NCBI GenBank assembly: GCA_041947025.1 | Contig: JBHGBJ010000005.1 | Span: 26,382 to 90,381, forward strand | Origin: Thermodesulfobacteriota bacterium | Lineage (GTDB): Bacteria; Desulfobacterota; BSN033; UBA1163 | DNA: 64,000 nucleotides | Reading direction: 5' to 3' | Shown here: in pieces, positions 1 through 8,888 of the stretch | Numbering within the stretch: position 1 is the first letter of the stretch | How the letters are laid out: every line of letters begins with the position of its first letter | Position numbers and translations under genes: made by a program | Notes under the pieces: generated by a model | Told to the model about the DNA's origin: nothing | Seen by the model: the letters and a program-made list of their open reading frames with translations, nothing else | Databases searched by the model: none

Positions 1-1015
1 ATGACACCGGATAACCCATGATCCTTCTCTTGACCGCTTCTTGGAGGAATTCCATCTTCGTCAGCCCGCTCAGGAACTTGGAGACCGGCTTCGTGAGCTG
101 ATCAAAATCTTCCTGGGTGGCCGGGCCGGGATCAAACTTATCCCAATCCTGTTTCTTCAACCACTCGGAGGTAATCCCCTTCTCCTGCATCCACTTCGCC
201 GTTTCCTTATTCGTGATGCCCCCGGACCTCGCCCCGTAGATCAGCCAGCAGATATAGCCGTCCTTACAGGGGTAAGCCGCCGGCATCACGGCTCCATGAA
301 TGCTCCGACCGGCAATCGCGTTTCCTACCCGCCCCGTCATGGTGCCATCCGCTTCCCAGTAAAAGGGAGCCGTGTCTGCGGACCAGGCTGCGCTCGCCTG
401 GGCGGATACATCCACATGCTGTCCTTTGCCGGTTATCTGTTGATGAAAAAAGGCCATCAGCGTCCCCAGGGCCGCATAAGAACCGGTCCACACATACGAT
501 ACCGGAATGCTGGTTCGGACCGGAGGCCGATCCGTATCACCCACGAGATGCATACACCCGCTCATGGCCATGATCCCGATATCAGAAGCCTTATAATTCT
601 TGTAAGGACCCTCCTGTCCAAAGGGGGTGATGGAGGTCATAATGATCTTGTCCTTCGTCATCTCGCTCAGCTTGGAATAACCCAACCCCAGACTGTCCAT
701 GTAGCCAGGGCTAAAGGACTCAATCAGAATGTCCGCAGACGCAATCAGCCGTTTGAGTATGTCCCGGCCGTCCGCGGTTTCAATGTTTAATGTGATCCCC
801 CTCTTATTATTGTTAAAGGCAAACCAGTAGAGACTCTTCTCGGGATGGGGAATATCCTTGTAAAAGGGCCCTAACTTCCGGGAAGGATCCCCGCCCGGAG
901 GTTCAATCTTAATGACATCGGCCCCTAAGTCGCCCATAATCTTTCCGCAAAGGAATCCTAATTCATTACTGAGATCAAGAACTCGACAGCTTTTTATCAA
1001 ATTTTTCTCTTCCAT
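1..1015 (-). CDS. Family III CoA-transferase (CaiB/BaiF-like); C-terminus cut by window start
   Basis: Not in the ORF track because it has no stop inside the window. Hand translation from ATG 1015..1013 gives MEEKNLIKSCRVLDLSNELGFLCGKIMGDLGADVIKIEPPGGDPSRKLGPFY..., the glycine-rich N-terminal signature of this family. I checked every codon and the frame is stop-free down to position 2. The listed 41..790 (+) ORF is its antisense shadow. Confidence 0.8.
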   Translation of the reverse strand, partial: MEEKNLIKSCRVLDLSNELGFLCGKIMGDLGADVIKIEPPGGDPSRKLGPFYKDIPHPEKSLYWFAFNNNKRGITLNIETADGRDILKRLIASADILIESFSPGYMDSLGLGYSKLSEMTKDKIIMTSITPFGQEGPYKNYKASDIGIMAMSGCMHLVGDTDRPPVRTSIPVSYVWTGSYAALGTLMAFFHQQITGKGQHVDVSAQASAAWSADTAPFYWEADGTMTGRVGNAIAGRSIHGAVMPAAYPCKDGYICWLIYGARSGGITNKETAKWMQEKGITSEWLKKQDWDKFDPGPATQEDFDQLTKPVSKFLSGLTKMEFLQEAVKRRIMGYPVS

Positions 1016-1104
1016 AGATTTTTCCTTTTTGCACTGAGTTTAGAGTATACGACAAACCATCGACCTTACTATTACTCAGACCACAAAACAGGTTGCGTTA
1101 AAGT

Positions 1105-1174
1105 GTCATTGCGAGCGAAGCGAAGGCCGATACGACCTTCGTTCGCTACCAACGCTACCACTCCTCGCAATGAC
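1105..1174. repeat. REP/MITE-like palindromic element with GTCATTGCGAG / CTCGCAATGAC termini
   Basis: Perfect 11-bp inverted termini (1105-1115 vs 1164-1174) enclose an inner CGAAGG/CCTTCG stem. It sits in the gap between two minus-strand CDSs. The GTCATT...AATGAC ends are shared with the element at 46377-46479. Confidence 0.6.
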
Positions 1175-1195
1175 AAACAATTGAAACCGCCTTCA

Positions 1196-2740
1196 TTAAA
1201 TTCCAGCTTCACCGAACCATTTCGCATAGGATTCCTGGAAGGATCTTGCCTTATCGATCTGCTGATCGGTGAAGAAATCCTTCAGGTTCACCACGTCGAT
1301 CGGGTAGCTGGCCCTCAAGAAGGCATCTCGATATTTATAGGGGACCGTCGCATCGAGTCCGATGGCGCCGGAAAACTTGATATTCGATTGGGTCCAGTCC
1401 TTTTCCCCGGCCGAGCTTCGCTCTGCAGGCTGGAAGGTCTGTCCCATGCCGCCCGGAGCAACGATGGTGATACCCTCTTTCGCATCCACGCGGGTCGCCA
1501 ATGCCCACATCAAGTCATCGGTTGAGTAGATATTGATGTCCGGATCGACGACCATGCCGAAACGGGCGCCGAGGGAGCAGGAAAGGGCCGCGTGCAGGAT
1601 GTTCTTCGGATACCCCTCGTCTCTCGCCCTTCTCTTTTTCACCTGAAAAACGACTCCACCCCAATCGGGAATACACATGGGAATGTGGGTATCGATGCAG
1701 AACCCCGGACTGATCCTTTCAGCCAATTCAAAGAAGCAGGCTTCCCGGCAGATGACATCGATATTGTGGTTATCGTAACCGTGGACAATCAGAGGATCGT
1801 AGATCGGTCTGTCTTTCCGGTGGGTGATCGCGGTCACATTGAATTGATAGGTCCGGTAGGCCTTTCCCATGTAGCCTGACCACTCCGGATGGAAGGGATA
1901 AACTCCCTGTCTCTGGTCCTTCTCAGCCAGGGGGCTTTCCCAGGCCTTCTTCGTTGTATCCAGGTACCCTTCAATGACATACTCGGCCTGGGCAATCGCA
2001 TAGGCATCGATGGTTTTGCATTTCACCATCTCCAGAGGGAATCCCTGCATGGAGCCTGCAATCCCCAACTCATCGCAACCTCTCGGAAGGATGGTGTACA
2101 TGAACCCCGATCCAGCAACCATCGTGGCCGCCGGAGGAATTCCCATGTTGATCGTAAATGGGATGGGTTCCTTCTTATAATATTTCGTTGCGATCTGGTC
2201 GGTATGGGATCCCGGGGAAATCTGAAAAGTGGAGTGATCCTTCCATCCAAGGTCTTCACGGAAATTCATCCGGTTGTAACTGATGTGCCATCCGCCCCAA
2301 AACTGCTTGGGAGAGGCAACGGTTTTGCCGCCGCCCAGGGTTCTTCCCGGGTCGGTGGGGGTGTGCTGGATCATCGGGATGACCGGCCAGACATCGATAT
2401 TCTTATCGATCACCACTTCCTGGCAGGGTGCCTTGTCCACGATCTGCGGCGGAGTCGGTTGAAGGATCGATTCGTGGATCTTGAACTTCAACTCTTTCCT
2501 GTCCTTACACCCAAACATTTTCGCGATGATTTTGTCCGAACCCATGACGTTGGTGGCGATCCTGCCGTTGGGATATCCCTTCACCTTATTGAAGAGCATG
2601 GGAGGTCCTCCATCCAGACGTTTCTGAATGGCCGCCACCTCCAGTTTCGGATTGACTTCACGGTCCGTCTCCAGAAGCGACCCTTCCTTTTTCAATGTTT
2701 CCAGCATTGCCCTCAAACTTCTTAACTCTTCTCTTGCCAT
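1196..2740 (-). CDS. UbiD-family (prenyl-FMN dependent) decarboxylase
   Basis: ORF track gives 1196..2776. I prefer ATG 2740 (MAREELRSLRAMLETLKKEG...), which has AAGGAGG about 8 nt upstream. Length ~514 aa. The C-terminal MVVDPDINIYSTDDLMWALATRVD block is typical of UbiD enzymes. Confidence 0.85.
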   Translation of the reverse strand: MAREELRSLRAMLETLKKEGSLLETDREVNPKLEVAAIQKRLDGGPPMLFNKVKGYPNGRIATNVMGSDKIIAKMFGCKDRKELKFKIHESILQPTPPQIVDKAPCQEVVIDKNIDVWPVIPMIQHTPTDPGRTLGGGKTVASPKQFWGGWHISYNRMNFREDLGWKDHSTFQISPGSHTDQIATKYYKKEPIPFTINMGIPPAATMVAGSGFMYTILPRGCDELGIAGSMQGFPLEMVKCKTIDAYAIAQAEYVIEGYLDTTKKAWESPLAEKDQRQGVYPFHPEWSGYMGKAYRTYQFNVTAITHRKDRPIYDPLIVHGYDNHNIDVICREACFFELAERISPGFCIDTHIPMCIPDWGGVVFQVKKRRARDEGYPKNILHAALSCSLGARFGMVVDPDINIYSTDDLMWALATRVDAKEGITIVAPGGMGQTFQPAERSSAGEKDWTQSNIKFSGAIGLDATVPYKYRDAFLRASYPIDVVNLKDFFTDQQIDKARSFQESYAKWFGEAGI

Positions 2741-2782
2741 TTTCCTAACCTCCTTGTTGAATATTTGTTGTTCCAATTCCCC

Positions 2783-3493
2783 TTAAATCCTGAGCCTATT
2801 CCTGACGTCCTTGAGGTGACTGTAGATCAGATCCCCAACCTGTTGGGCGTCTTTTCTCTTAATGCACTCGAGAATCTTGCGATGAAATTTGGCGATGCTC
2901 TGGTGGTCATCCAGGCTGAAGTGGAGCCTTTTGAAGCTCTCCAGGAGGATTTCGCCGATGGCATCCATGATCAGGATGTGCAACGGATTCTTTGTGGCCC
3001 TTGCAATGGCTTGATGAAAATCGATATTCGATACCACCGGGATCTTTCGGGCCTTGATCGCTCTCTCCCGCACCGAGATCATCTCTTCCATCTGTTTGAT
3101 ATCCCAGTCCGTCGATCGCTCAACTGCCAACCGGGCCATGCAGGGCTCATTCGACATCCGGAACTCCCAGATGTCGCTGTCGGTGATCTTTCCGAGCCGA
3201 ATCATATTGGAGAGGGAGTCGCTGACCGACTTGGTCCCCATCTGAGCGATGAAGGCCCCTCCCGAAACACCCGGACGGATGGTCACCAAACCCATCTCCT
3301 CCAAAGACCTGAGGGCTTCCCTTAAGGGAACCCGGCTCACATTGAATTGCTTTTTCAGCTCCTCTTCGGAGGGCAGCTTGTCCCCGGGGCGATAGGTCCC
3401 TGTGAAGATCGCGCCCTTGATCTGCGCCACGATATTGTCTGAAATTCTTCCCTTGCGAACCTGGTTGAAAACCAATGTCTCTTCCTTTTGCAC
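2783..3493 (-). CDS. GntR-family transcriptional regulator (FadR/FCD-type C-terminal domain)
   Basis: N-terminal winged-helix signature RPGDKLPSEEELKKQFNVSRVPLREALRSLEEMGLV, followed by a ~150 aa helical effector domain. It lies 42 nt upstream of the UbiD gene on the same strand. Confidence 0.85.
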   Translation of the reverse strand: MQKEETLVFNQVRKGRISDNIVAQIKGAIFTGTYRPGDKLPSEEELKKQFNVSRVPLREALRSLEEMGLVTIRPGVSGGAFIAQMGTKSVSDSLSNMIRLGKITDSDIWEFRMSNEPCMARLAVERSTDWDIKQMEEMISVRERAIKARKIPVVSNIDFHQAIARATKNPLHILIMDAIGEILLESFKRLHFSLDDHQSIAKFHRKILECIKRKDAQQVGDLIYSHLKDVRNRLRI

Positions 3494-3677
3494 GCCGTCG
3501 AAAGCCCAATCGGGGAAAAAGTAAACGTATTATTGTATAATGTATTACTGTTTGTCAAGAGAAAAATGAAGGGTTCTGAAAAAAATTTTCACCGCCCCTC
3601 ATGGCTCAGATTTTTCCTGTTTTTTGAATGACTTTCGTCTCTGTGCCGCCGGAGATTTCCGTGCTTCCTTAGAAATC

Positions 3678-5711
3678 TTATGAAGGATACAATCCTAACC
3701 AGACAAAAAGCTGACCTTGCGGGAAGGGAACGTGAAGAACACGATCGAAAATACCATAGATCAGGACCCAGGCCGTGGCGGTATAAATAAGACCGAGAAA
3801 CCATTTCTCTCGGCCAAAAATCTTAAGTTGGAGAAACGTGCATAAAGGCACCCCATACGAGAAACCCAGGAGCCAGATGGCTGCGAAATAGCCGAAGATC
3901 CAACCAAACATCGCCGCTGTCCGGCGATTCACCAAACCGGGCGGCAGGCTTACTTCCGCTTGATCCGGGTGCCCCCCGTTCTTTTTACTCCCTCTCCCCA
4001 GGAGTTCCATCACCAATTGGAAAAGAGTGAGAAAAAGGACGGGGAACCCGATCGCCCACGGGAAAAGCCCAGTTCTGAAATCGAAACGCCTGCTTTGCCA
4101 CAGGGCTAAGGCTATTACCACGATGATGAAGAGAGAGAAAACGTTCTCCCAGCTCAATCGCAATAAGGGCGACTCCTTATGGCTCACTTCCTCTCGGGAA
4201 GAGGCTTCAACCCTTTCCAGTCTTCTCCTTTGCCATCTCAATTTGAGAAGGGGGTAAAAGGCACCCACCAGGGTCAGCCCCATCAGTATCAATACACCCG
4301 GTCGTGAAAGCCATGCGAGACCATAGTTATCCGAAGAAAGGAAAAGTCTGTTTTCGGCAAGAGGTCCGAGGACAAGCCCGAGGATCAGAGGGGGACGCGG
4401 CCAGTCAAAGCGGACCAAAATCCAGCCCAGCACGCCAAAGAACAGGACGAGGATAAGGTCTTCAAAGGTATTCTTTTCCGCAAAGGCTCCGAGATAGATC
4501 AGCAGAAGAATAAAAGGGATGACAAGATTGCCCCGAATATAGGTGACTTTCACCAGTAGATTCAGAATGAGAAAGCAGATTCCCACTGTAACGAAATTGG
4601 AGGCCACATTGATCCAGACGAAAGAAAACGTTAATGCAAGGTGTCCTTTGGGTTCGGGGATGAGCATATCAGGGCCGGGGATAATCCCTTGGATCAGAAA
4701 GGCCCCCATTAGAATCGCCATGGTGACGCTGGCAGGTATGCCGAAGGCGATGGTTGTGATCAGGCTTCCGCCCAATGTGGAGTTGTTGGCCGCACCGGGA
4801 CCTAAGACCCCCTCCACAGCACCCTTTCCGAAACGCTCTTTGTCGGGGGAACTTTGTACGGCATGAGCATAGGCCAACCATTGGGTGGTGGCTCCTCCCA
4901 ACCCAGGAATGATGGCGATATAAGAACCGATGGCACTGCATCGGATGGTCAGCCAAAAGTGGCGAAAAGTGTCTTTCACTCCTTCCATCACACCGCCCAA
5001 TTTCCCCACGCGCTCCTCAGCAATGCTTGAACCATGGACGGCCAAATCGATGATTTCGGGAATCGCAAAGAACCCGATGGTGATCGGTACCAGACCGATG
5101 CCATCCCATAGAAAGGTTTGACCAAACGTATAACGCTGGACCCCGGACATTTGACAAAGTCCCACCGTAGCGAGAAACAAACCGATCCCTCCGGCGATAA
5201 TACCCTTCAACAGGGCTTCACCGCTCAAGGAGGCCACAAAGGTGATGCCCAGGATGGCGAGCATGAAGAACTCCGGAGACCCGAATGTGAGGACCAGGGG
5301 CCGGACAATCGGGATGGCGGAGGCTAAGGCAAAGGAGGCAAAAACTGCGCCCACCAGAGAACTCATCAGGGCCGCTCCCAATGCCCGGCCCGCCTCGCCC
5401 CTCTTGGCCATGGGATGGCCATCCACGATCGTAGCCGCGGCTGTTGGCTCGCCAGGAACCCCCAGGAGGATGGAGGTAATATCACCGGTGGTGTTGACCA
5501 CTGCCGCCATACCGATCAGGAATGCAAAGGCCTGAACCGGATTCATCTTGACAATGAAGGGAAGCATGAGGGCAAGGGCGGTCGGTCCGCCCAGCCCCGG
5601 AAGAATACCCACCATAAAACCGATGATAATGCCCAAGACCATCAGTCCAAAAGTGGTCCAGGTGAATATCTGCAAGAATCCCGAGACGAAGGAAACCCCT
5701 ATCTCTGCCAT
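3678..5711 (-). CDS. tctA: Tripartite tricarboxylate transporter permease, TctA with C-terminal TctB-like extension
   Basis: 677 aa polytopic membrane protein. The N-terminal ~500 aa has TctA-like motifs (GILPGLGGPTALALMLP, ITSILLGVPGEP). The C-terminal ~170 aa adds about 4 more hydrophobic segments. No separate tctB ORF lies between tctC and tctA. Confidence 0.8.
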   Translation of the reverse strand: MAEIGVSFVSGFLQIFTWTTFGLMVLGIIIGFMVGILPGLGGPTALALMLPFIVKMNPVQAFAFLIGMAAVVNTTGDITSILLGVPGEPTAAATIVDGHPMAKRGEAGRALGAALMSSLVGAVFASFALASAIPIVRPLVLTFGSPEFFMLAILGITFVASLSGEALLKGIIAGGIGLFLATVGLCQMSGVQRYTFGQTFLWDGIGLVPITIGFFAIPEIIDLAVHGSSIAEERVGKLGGVMEGVKDTFRHFWLTIRCSAIGSYIAIIPGLGGATTQWLAYAHAVQSSPDKERFGKGAVEGVLGPGAANNSTLGGSLITTIAFGIPASVTMAILMGAFLIQGIIPGPDMLIPEPKGHLALTFSFVWINVASNFVTVGICFLILNLLVKVTYIRGNLVIPFILLLIYLGAFAEKNTFEDLILVLFFGVLGWILVRFDWPRPPLILGLVLGPLAENRLFLSSDNYGLAWLSRPGVLILMGLTLVGAFYPLLKLRWQRRRLERVEASSREEVSHKESPLLRLSWENVFSLFIIVVIALALWQSRRFDFRTGLFPWAIGFPVLFLTLFQLVMELLGRGSKKNGGHPDQAEVSLPPGLVNRRTAAMFGWIFGYFAAIWLLGFSYGVPLCTFLQLKIFGREKWFLGLIYTATAWVLIYGIFDRVLHVPFPQGQLFVWLGLYPS

Positions 5712-5771
5712 GCGGGAAAGACTCCCCCGAACGATGAAAATCTAATCTTTCATCACCCTAATCTAACGCGC

Positions 5772-5806
5772 CCTCTTCCCCCTCTTAAATGAAGAGGGGG
5801 AGAGGA
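5772..5806. repeat. C-run/G-run hairpin (CCTCTTCCCCCTCTT aaatg AAGAGGGGGAGAGG)
   Basis: Near-perfect inverted repeat in the tctC-tctA intergenic gap. Same style as the hairpins at 9958, 14457 and 49689. Confidence 0.55.
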
Positions 5807-5845
5807 AGCGATAAGAGAGAAATATAGGCAATTACAGGCTCTGGA

Positions 5846-6874
5846 CTACTTGAACAGGATATCCTTCATCTTGGCTGTCATCGCAGCGTCCATCTTGAAG
5901 ATCCCGGCCACCGCTTTTTCAAGCTCTTCGCTGGAGACAGGAGCCAGATCCAATTTCGCCTTTTCCGTCTCCGCCAGGAATTCCTTGTCTTTCAGGGTTT
6001 CCTGGAAGGCTTTGCTCAAAATCTGCTCCCGATCCTCGGGAGTGCCCGGAGGCAGGACAAAGGGCCGGGCGAATATGCTTGGGCTATGGATGCCCAGCTC
6101 GACCAATTGGCGCGCCTCAGCCGTCTTTGCATAATTGATTGCGAGTGGAACTTTGGGGAGATCCGGAAACGCCTTAGGCACTGTCTGAAGCACGACAATG
6201 ACGTCGCCCGTCTCAATCGCCTTACGCCAGGTCACCCTCATCGACTGCCATCCCCAGGAAGTCCCTGCCAGCTCTCCGCTCTCACAAGCCAGACGGATAT
6301 CCGCGGTCCCTTTGTAGCCGGAGACCAGTTGAATGGGCAGATTGAGCGCCACCTTCACCAGCCGAATGACGTTATCCGGCGCATAGGCACCCGGCCCGAC
6401 ACCACCCATCTTGACTGGCGTTTTGGAAGCCATCCACTTTTCTATACTGGTAATGCCACTTGCCTTCGTAAAAGCAATGGCACAATCTTCTGTCACCGCA
6501 GCCCCGATGAACTGGAATTTTCTCGCATCAAACTCGATCCCCTGCTCTCCCAAAACCTGGTTAAAAAACAGTCCCCCGTTGAAATGGCCGATCGTAAGGC
6601 CGTCAGGCTTGGCCACCTTGTAAAGGTGGTTGGCCGAGATCAGACTTCCGGCCCCGGTCATATTCTCAACGATGATGGCGGGATTCCCCGGGATATGTCT
6701 GCCCATATGCCGGGAAAGAACCCTGGCATAGGTATCGTAGCCGCCCCCGGCGGAATAGCCCACGATGATCCGGATCGTCCTGCCTTCATAAAAGGGCGCA
6801 GCGGCAAAGGCAGGAGAAGAAATGAGAATAAGTCCGACGAAGATACCTCCTAACAAAAAACATTTCTTGCCCAT
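5846..6874 (-). CDS. tctC: TctC/Bug-family periplasmic substrate-binding protein
   Basis: Start moved to ATG 6874 (MGKKCFLLGGIFVGLILISSPAFAAAPFYEG...), which has AAAAGGAGG upstream. Signal peptide followed by the Bug-family core (IRIIVGYSAGGGYDTYARVL). Confidence 0.85.
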   Translation of the reverse strand: MGKKCFLLGGIFVGLILISSPAFAAAPFYEGRTIRIIVGYSAGGGYDTYARVLSRHMGRHIPGNPAIIVENMTGAGSLISANHLYKVAKPDGLTIGHFNGGLFFNQVLGEQGIEFDARKFQFIGAAVTEDCAIAFTKASGITSIEKWMASKTPVKMGGVGPGAYAPDNVIRLVKVALNLPIQLVSGYKGTADIRLACESGELAGTSWGWQSMRVTWRKAIETGDVIVVLQTVPKAFPDLPKVPLAINYAKTAEARQLVELGIHSPSIFARPFVLPPGTPEDREQILSKAFQETLKDKEFLAETEKAKLDLAPVSSEELEKAVAGIFKMDAAMTAKMKDILFK

Positions 6875-7029
6875 ACGTTCCTCCTTTTGATTGAAGTTTC
6901 TTTGTAAGCGCTGAAGAACGACAACGTGTTCGCTCAAATTTCCAGGTGATTTCATCAATATATCAAAAAAAAAAGTTTTGCAACAAATTTTTTGAAAACT
7001 CAGGGAATGATCCAAAGAACCTAATAAAG

Positions 7030-7058
7030 TTGACATCCCGTTTCTTTGGTGTTAAAGA
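7030..7058 (+). promoter_or_regulatory. Candidate sigma70-type promoter for the 7157 gene
   Basis: TTGACA (7030-7035), 17-nt spacer, TAAAGA (7053-7058). It lies in the divergent gap between tctC (-) and the NicX-like gene (+). Confidence 0.35.
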
Positions 7059-7065
7059 GCAAACG

Positions 7066-7091
7066 CATAATCGTATCACATCATCGTATCA
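7066..7091 (+). promoter_or_regulatory. Tandem 13-mer direct repeat, candidate repressor operator
   Basis: CATAATCGTATCA followed immediately by CATCATCGTATCA (1 mismatch). It starts 8 nt downstream of the candidate -10 box. A related CGTATTA occurs at 3526-3532 in the gntR upstream region. Confidence 0.35.
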
Positions 7092-7156
7092 GGTGATCGA
7101 TTACAATGAATACTATTGTTCAGCAGAAAGGCTGATAGAAAGGAGAACGTGGAAAG

Positions 7157-8380
7157 ATGGATGGAAAAGAGAAGTCTGAAAAAGTTTCAGCCCGGGCTTC
7201 GTTAGAGGACGAGGGGACAGGGGCGATGTCCCAGCACAAGGGACTCACCCTCGAGCTCCTTCAGGGTGCCCGTAATCTTGTCAAATACTCCCGTATCAAG
7301 CAAGGGACAGAGGTTGCCCTGGTTGCTTCGCGGGGCCAGGATGACGATGTGATCAACGCCCTGGTGATCGCCGCCGAGGAACAGGGAGCCCATGTGACCG
7401 TCATCCGGGTCAGAGGAAGATCGGAGAGGCACAATTTCCCGGGGTTGATGGAGGAGCCCTCGAGGGTGCTTCGAAAAGCATTGATCGGTGCCGACTTGAT
7501 TCTTCATGCCGGGATCGATCCGTTTTATGCCTACGGCATGAGGTACCGGGATGCGGAGTATATGAAAATCCCTCGGGCCGAATATGGGGCGATCGTCATC
7601 CGCAACGAGCTGATGAGCAGGCAGACCATGGAGTCGGACTTCGGCCGCATGCCGTGCGATATTGTTTATGAGATCGGTCGAAGGGTCATCTCCCTCTTGA
7701 AACAGGGAAAGAACGTCCGGGTGACAACCCCCCTGGGCACGGATATTTCCTTTGAGATTTATGCGGAAGGGATCATGGGGAGCCACGATCCTCTGCATAT
7801 GGCAGGCGATATCATAGGGGTCCCGGGCGGACGGGTGGGTTTGCTGCCTCGAAAAGGCTACGGCGTTCTCTATGCGGAAGCGATCAACCCCCAGCTTTCC
7901 CCTCCTGTCGTGTTTATGAGTAAACCGATCAAGATCGTATGGGATAACAATTGGGCTGTGGACATTTCAGGAGAGGGTGAGTCCACCGAATGGCTGATCA
8001 ATCTGGTAGAAACCGGAGACAAGAATGCGAGGTGGTGGGGCGAGTGCATGTTTGGGATCCACCCCAAATCGAATGCCTTCGGGTACCCGACGGCGCCGGT
8101 CGAGGCCTACTTCACCGGAATGCACTCGAGACCCGACACCCTGCACAACGCCCTGGGCCACGATGCCGCCGGCACCGACGTTGTATCCAACCGCCACATC
8201 GATACCTTTGTCCATAATCAGACCGTCTATGTGGACGGGGAAAAGCTGGTTGATAACGGCCGTCTTGTCATGCTCGACGACCCGGAGATGTGGGAATTTG
8301 CAAGCCGTTTTGGCGACCCGAGCCAGATTTTGCGCATGGATCCTATGCCGGATGGTCTATTTAAATGTAGGAGGGATTAA
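7157..8380 (+). CDS. M29 aminopeptidase-fold protein, NicX (2,5-dihydroxypyridine dioxygenase)-like
   Basis: 407 aa. The layout and blocks (GTDISFEI..., ...HNALGHDAAG..., NRHIDTFVHNQTVYVDGEKLV) resemble the NicX/AmpS family as I remember it. AGGAG lies 12 nt upstream. An alternative start exists at 7226. Confidence 0.5.
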   Translation: MDGKEKSEKVSARASLEDEGTGAMSQHKGLTLELLQGARNLVKYSRIKQGTEVALVASRGQDDDVINALVIAAEEQGAHVTVIRVRGRSERHNFPGLMEEPSRVLRKALIGADLILHAGIDPFYAYGMRYRDAEYMKIPRAEYGAIVIRNELMSRQTMESDFGRMPCDIVYEIGRRVISLLKQGKNVRVTTPLGTDISFEIYAEGIMGSHDPLHMAGDIIGVPGGRVGLLPRKGYGVLYAEAINPQLSPPVVFMSKPIKIVWDNNWAVDISGEGESTEWLINLVETGDKNARWWGECMFGIHPKSNAFGYPTAPVEAYFTGMHSRPDTLHNALGHDAAGTDVVSNRHIDTFVHNQTVYVDGEKLVDNGRLVMLDDPEMWEFASRFGDPSQILRMDPMPDGLFKCRRD

Positions 8381-8382
8381 TC

Positions 8383-8781
8383 ATGGAAAAAGAACTTGTG
8401 AAGCTGGCATCTGACCTATTTACCCGGGTCGGGCAGACAGAAGAGGCCCGCCGGGTGATTGATAATTATGAGCATCTCTATCAATTTGAAGTAGACGGAA
8501 AACCGTTGTTCTTTCTTGAGGTGAATCGAGGGGTTATCTCGGTCAAGACCGGGGTTCATGATAAGTGTGAATATGGGAAGATCTCTTTACAGGTCTCCAT
8601 GGTCAAGACAGATTCGAAAACCCTCATGAACATGTTGAAAGGAAAACTCAGGGCCCTTGACGCAGCCAATCAAGGGGCGTGGGTTATTCGAATTGTCAGC
8701 CACAGCGACCAGATGCTCTACACCCTTTTCCGGATCGGCAGGGAGCTCGTCATTCAAGACCTGCTTGCAGCCCAACCGTGA
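8383..8781 (+). CDS. SCP2 sterol-carrier-like domain protein
   Basis: 132 aa. AGGAGGG RBS 6 nt upstream, starting 3 nt after the previous stop. The pattern ...FEVDGKPLFFLEVNRGVISVKTG...DSKTLMNMLKGKL... fits the SCP2 fold family. Confidence 0.55.
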   Translation: MEKELVKLASDLFTRVGQTEEARRVIDNYEHLYQFEVDGKPLFFLEVNRGVISVKTGVHDKCEYGKISLQVSMVKTDSKTLMNMLKGKLRALDAANQGAWVIRIVSHSDQMLYTLFRIGRELVIQDLLAAQP

Positions 8782-8888
8782 CCAGGGAGGTTTTAATCCG
8801 ACAGGTTGCTAAAAAAGTCGATTTCCATCGGCTGCTCAAGAATGCCCAGAGGGGCGTTCTTGAGCAGCCTGCTAAAGGAGGTAAGGCC

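Noticed and set aside
41-2725. Plus-strand ORFs 41..790 (249 aa), 1103..1525 and 1889..2725 (278 aa)
   Set aside because: They are antisense shadows of the CoA-transferase (hand-verified open frame 1015..2) and the UbiD gene. 1103..1525 also starts inside the palindromic repeat.
6086-6853. 255-aa plus-strand ORF, and similar long antisense ORFs at 35698..36417 and 51074..51760
   Set aside because: Each lies opposite a gene with clear family motifs (tctC, the VWA protein, the ThyA-like gene). None has a recognisable domain or an SD.
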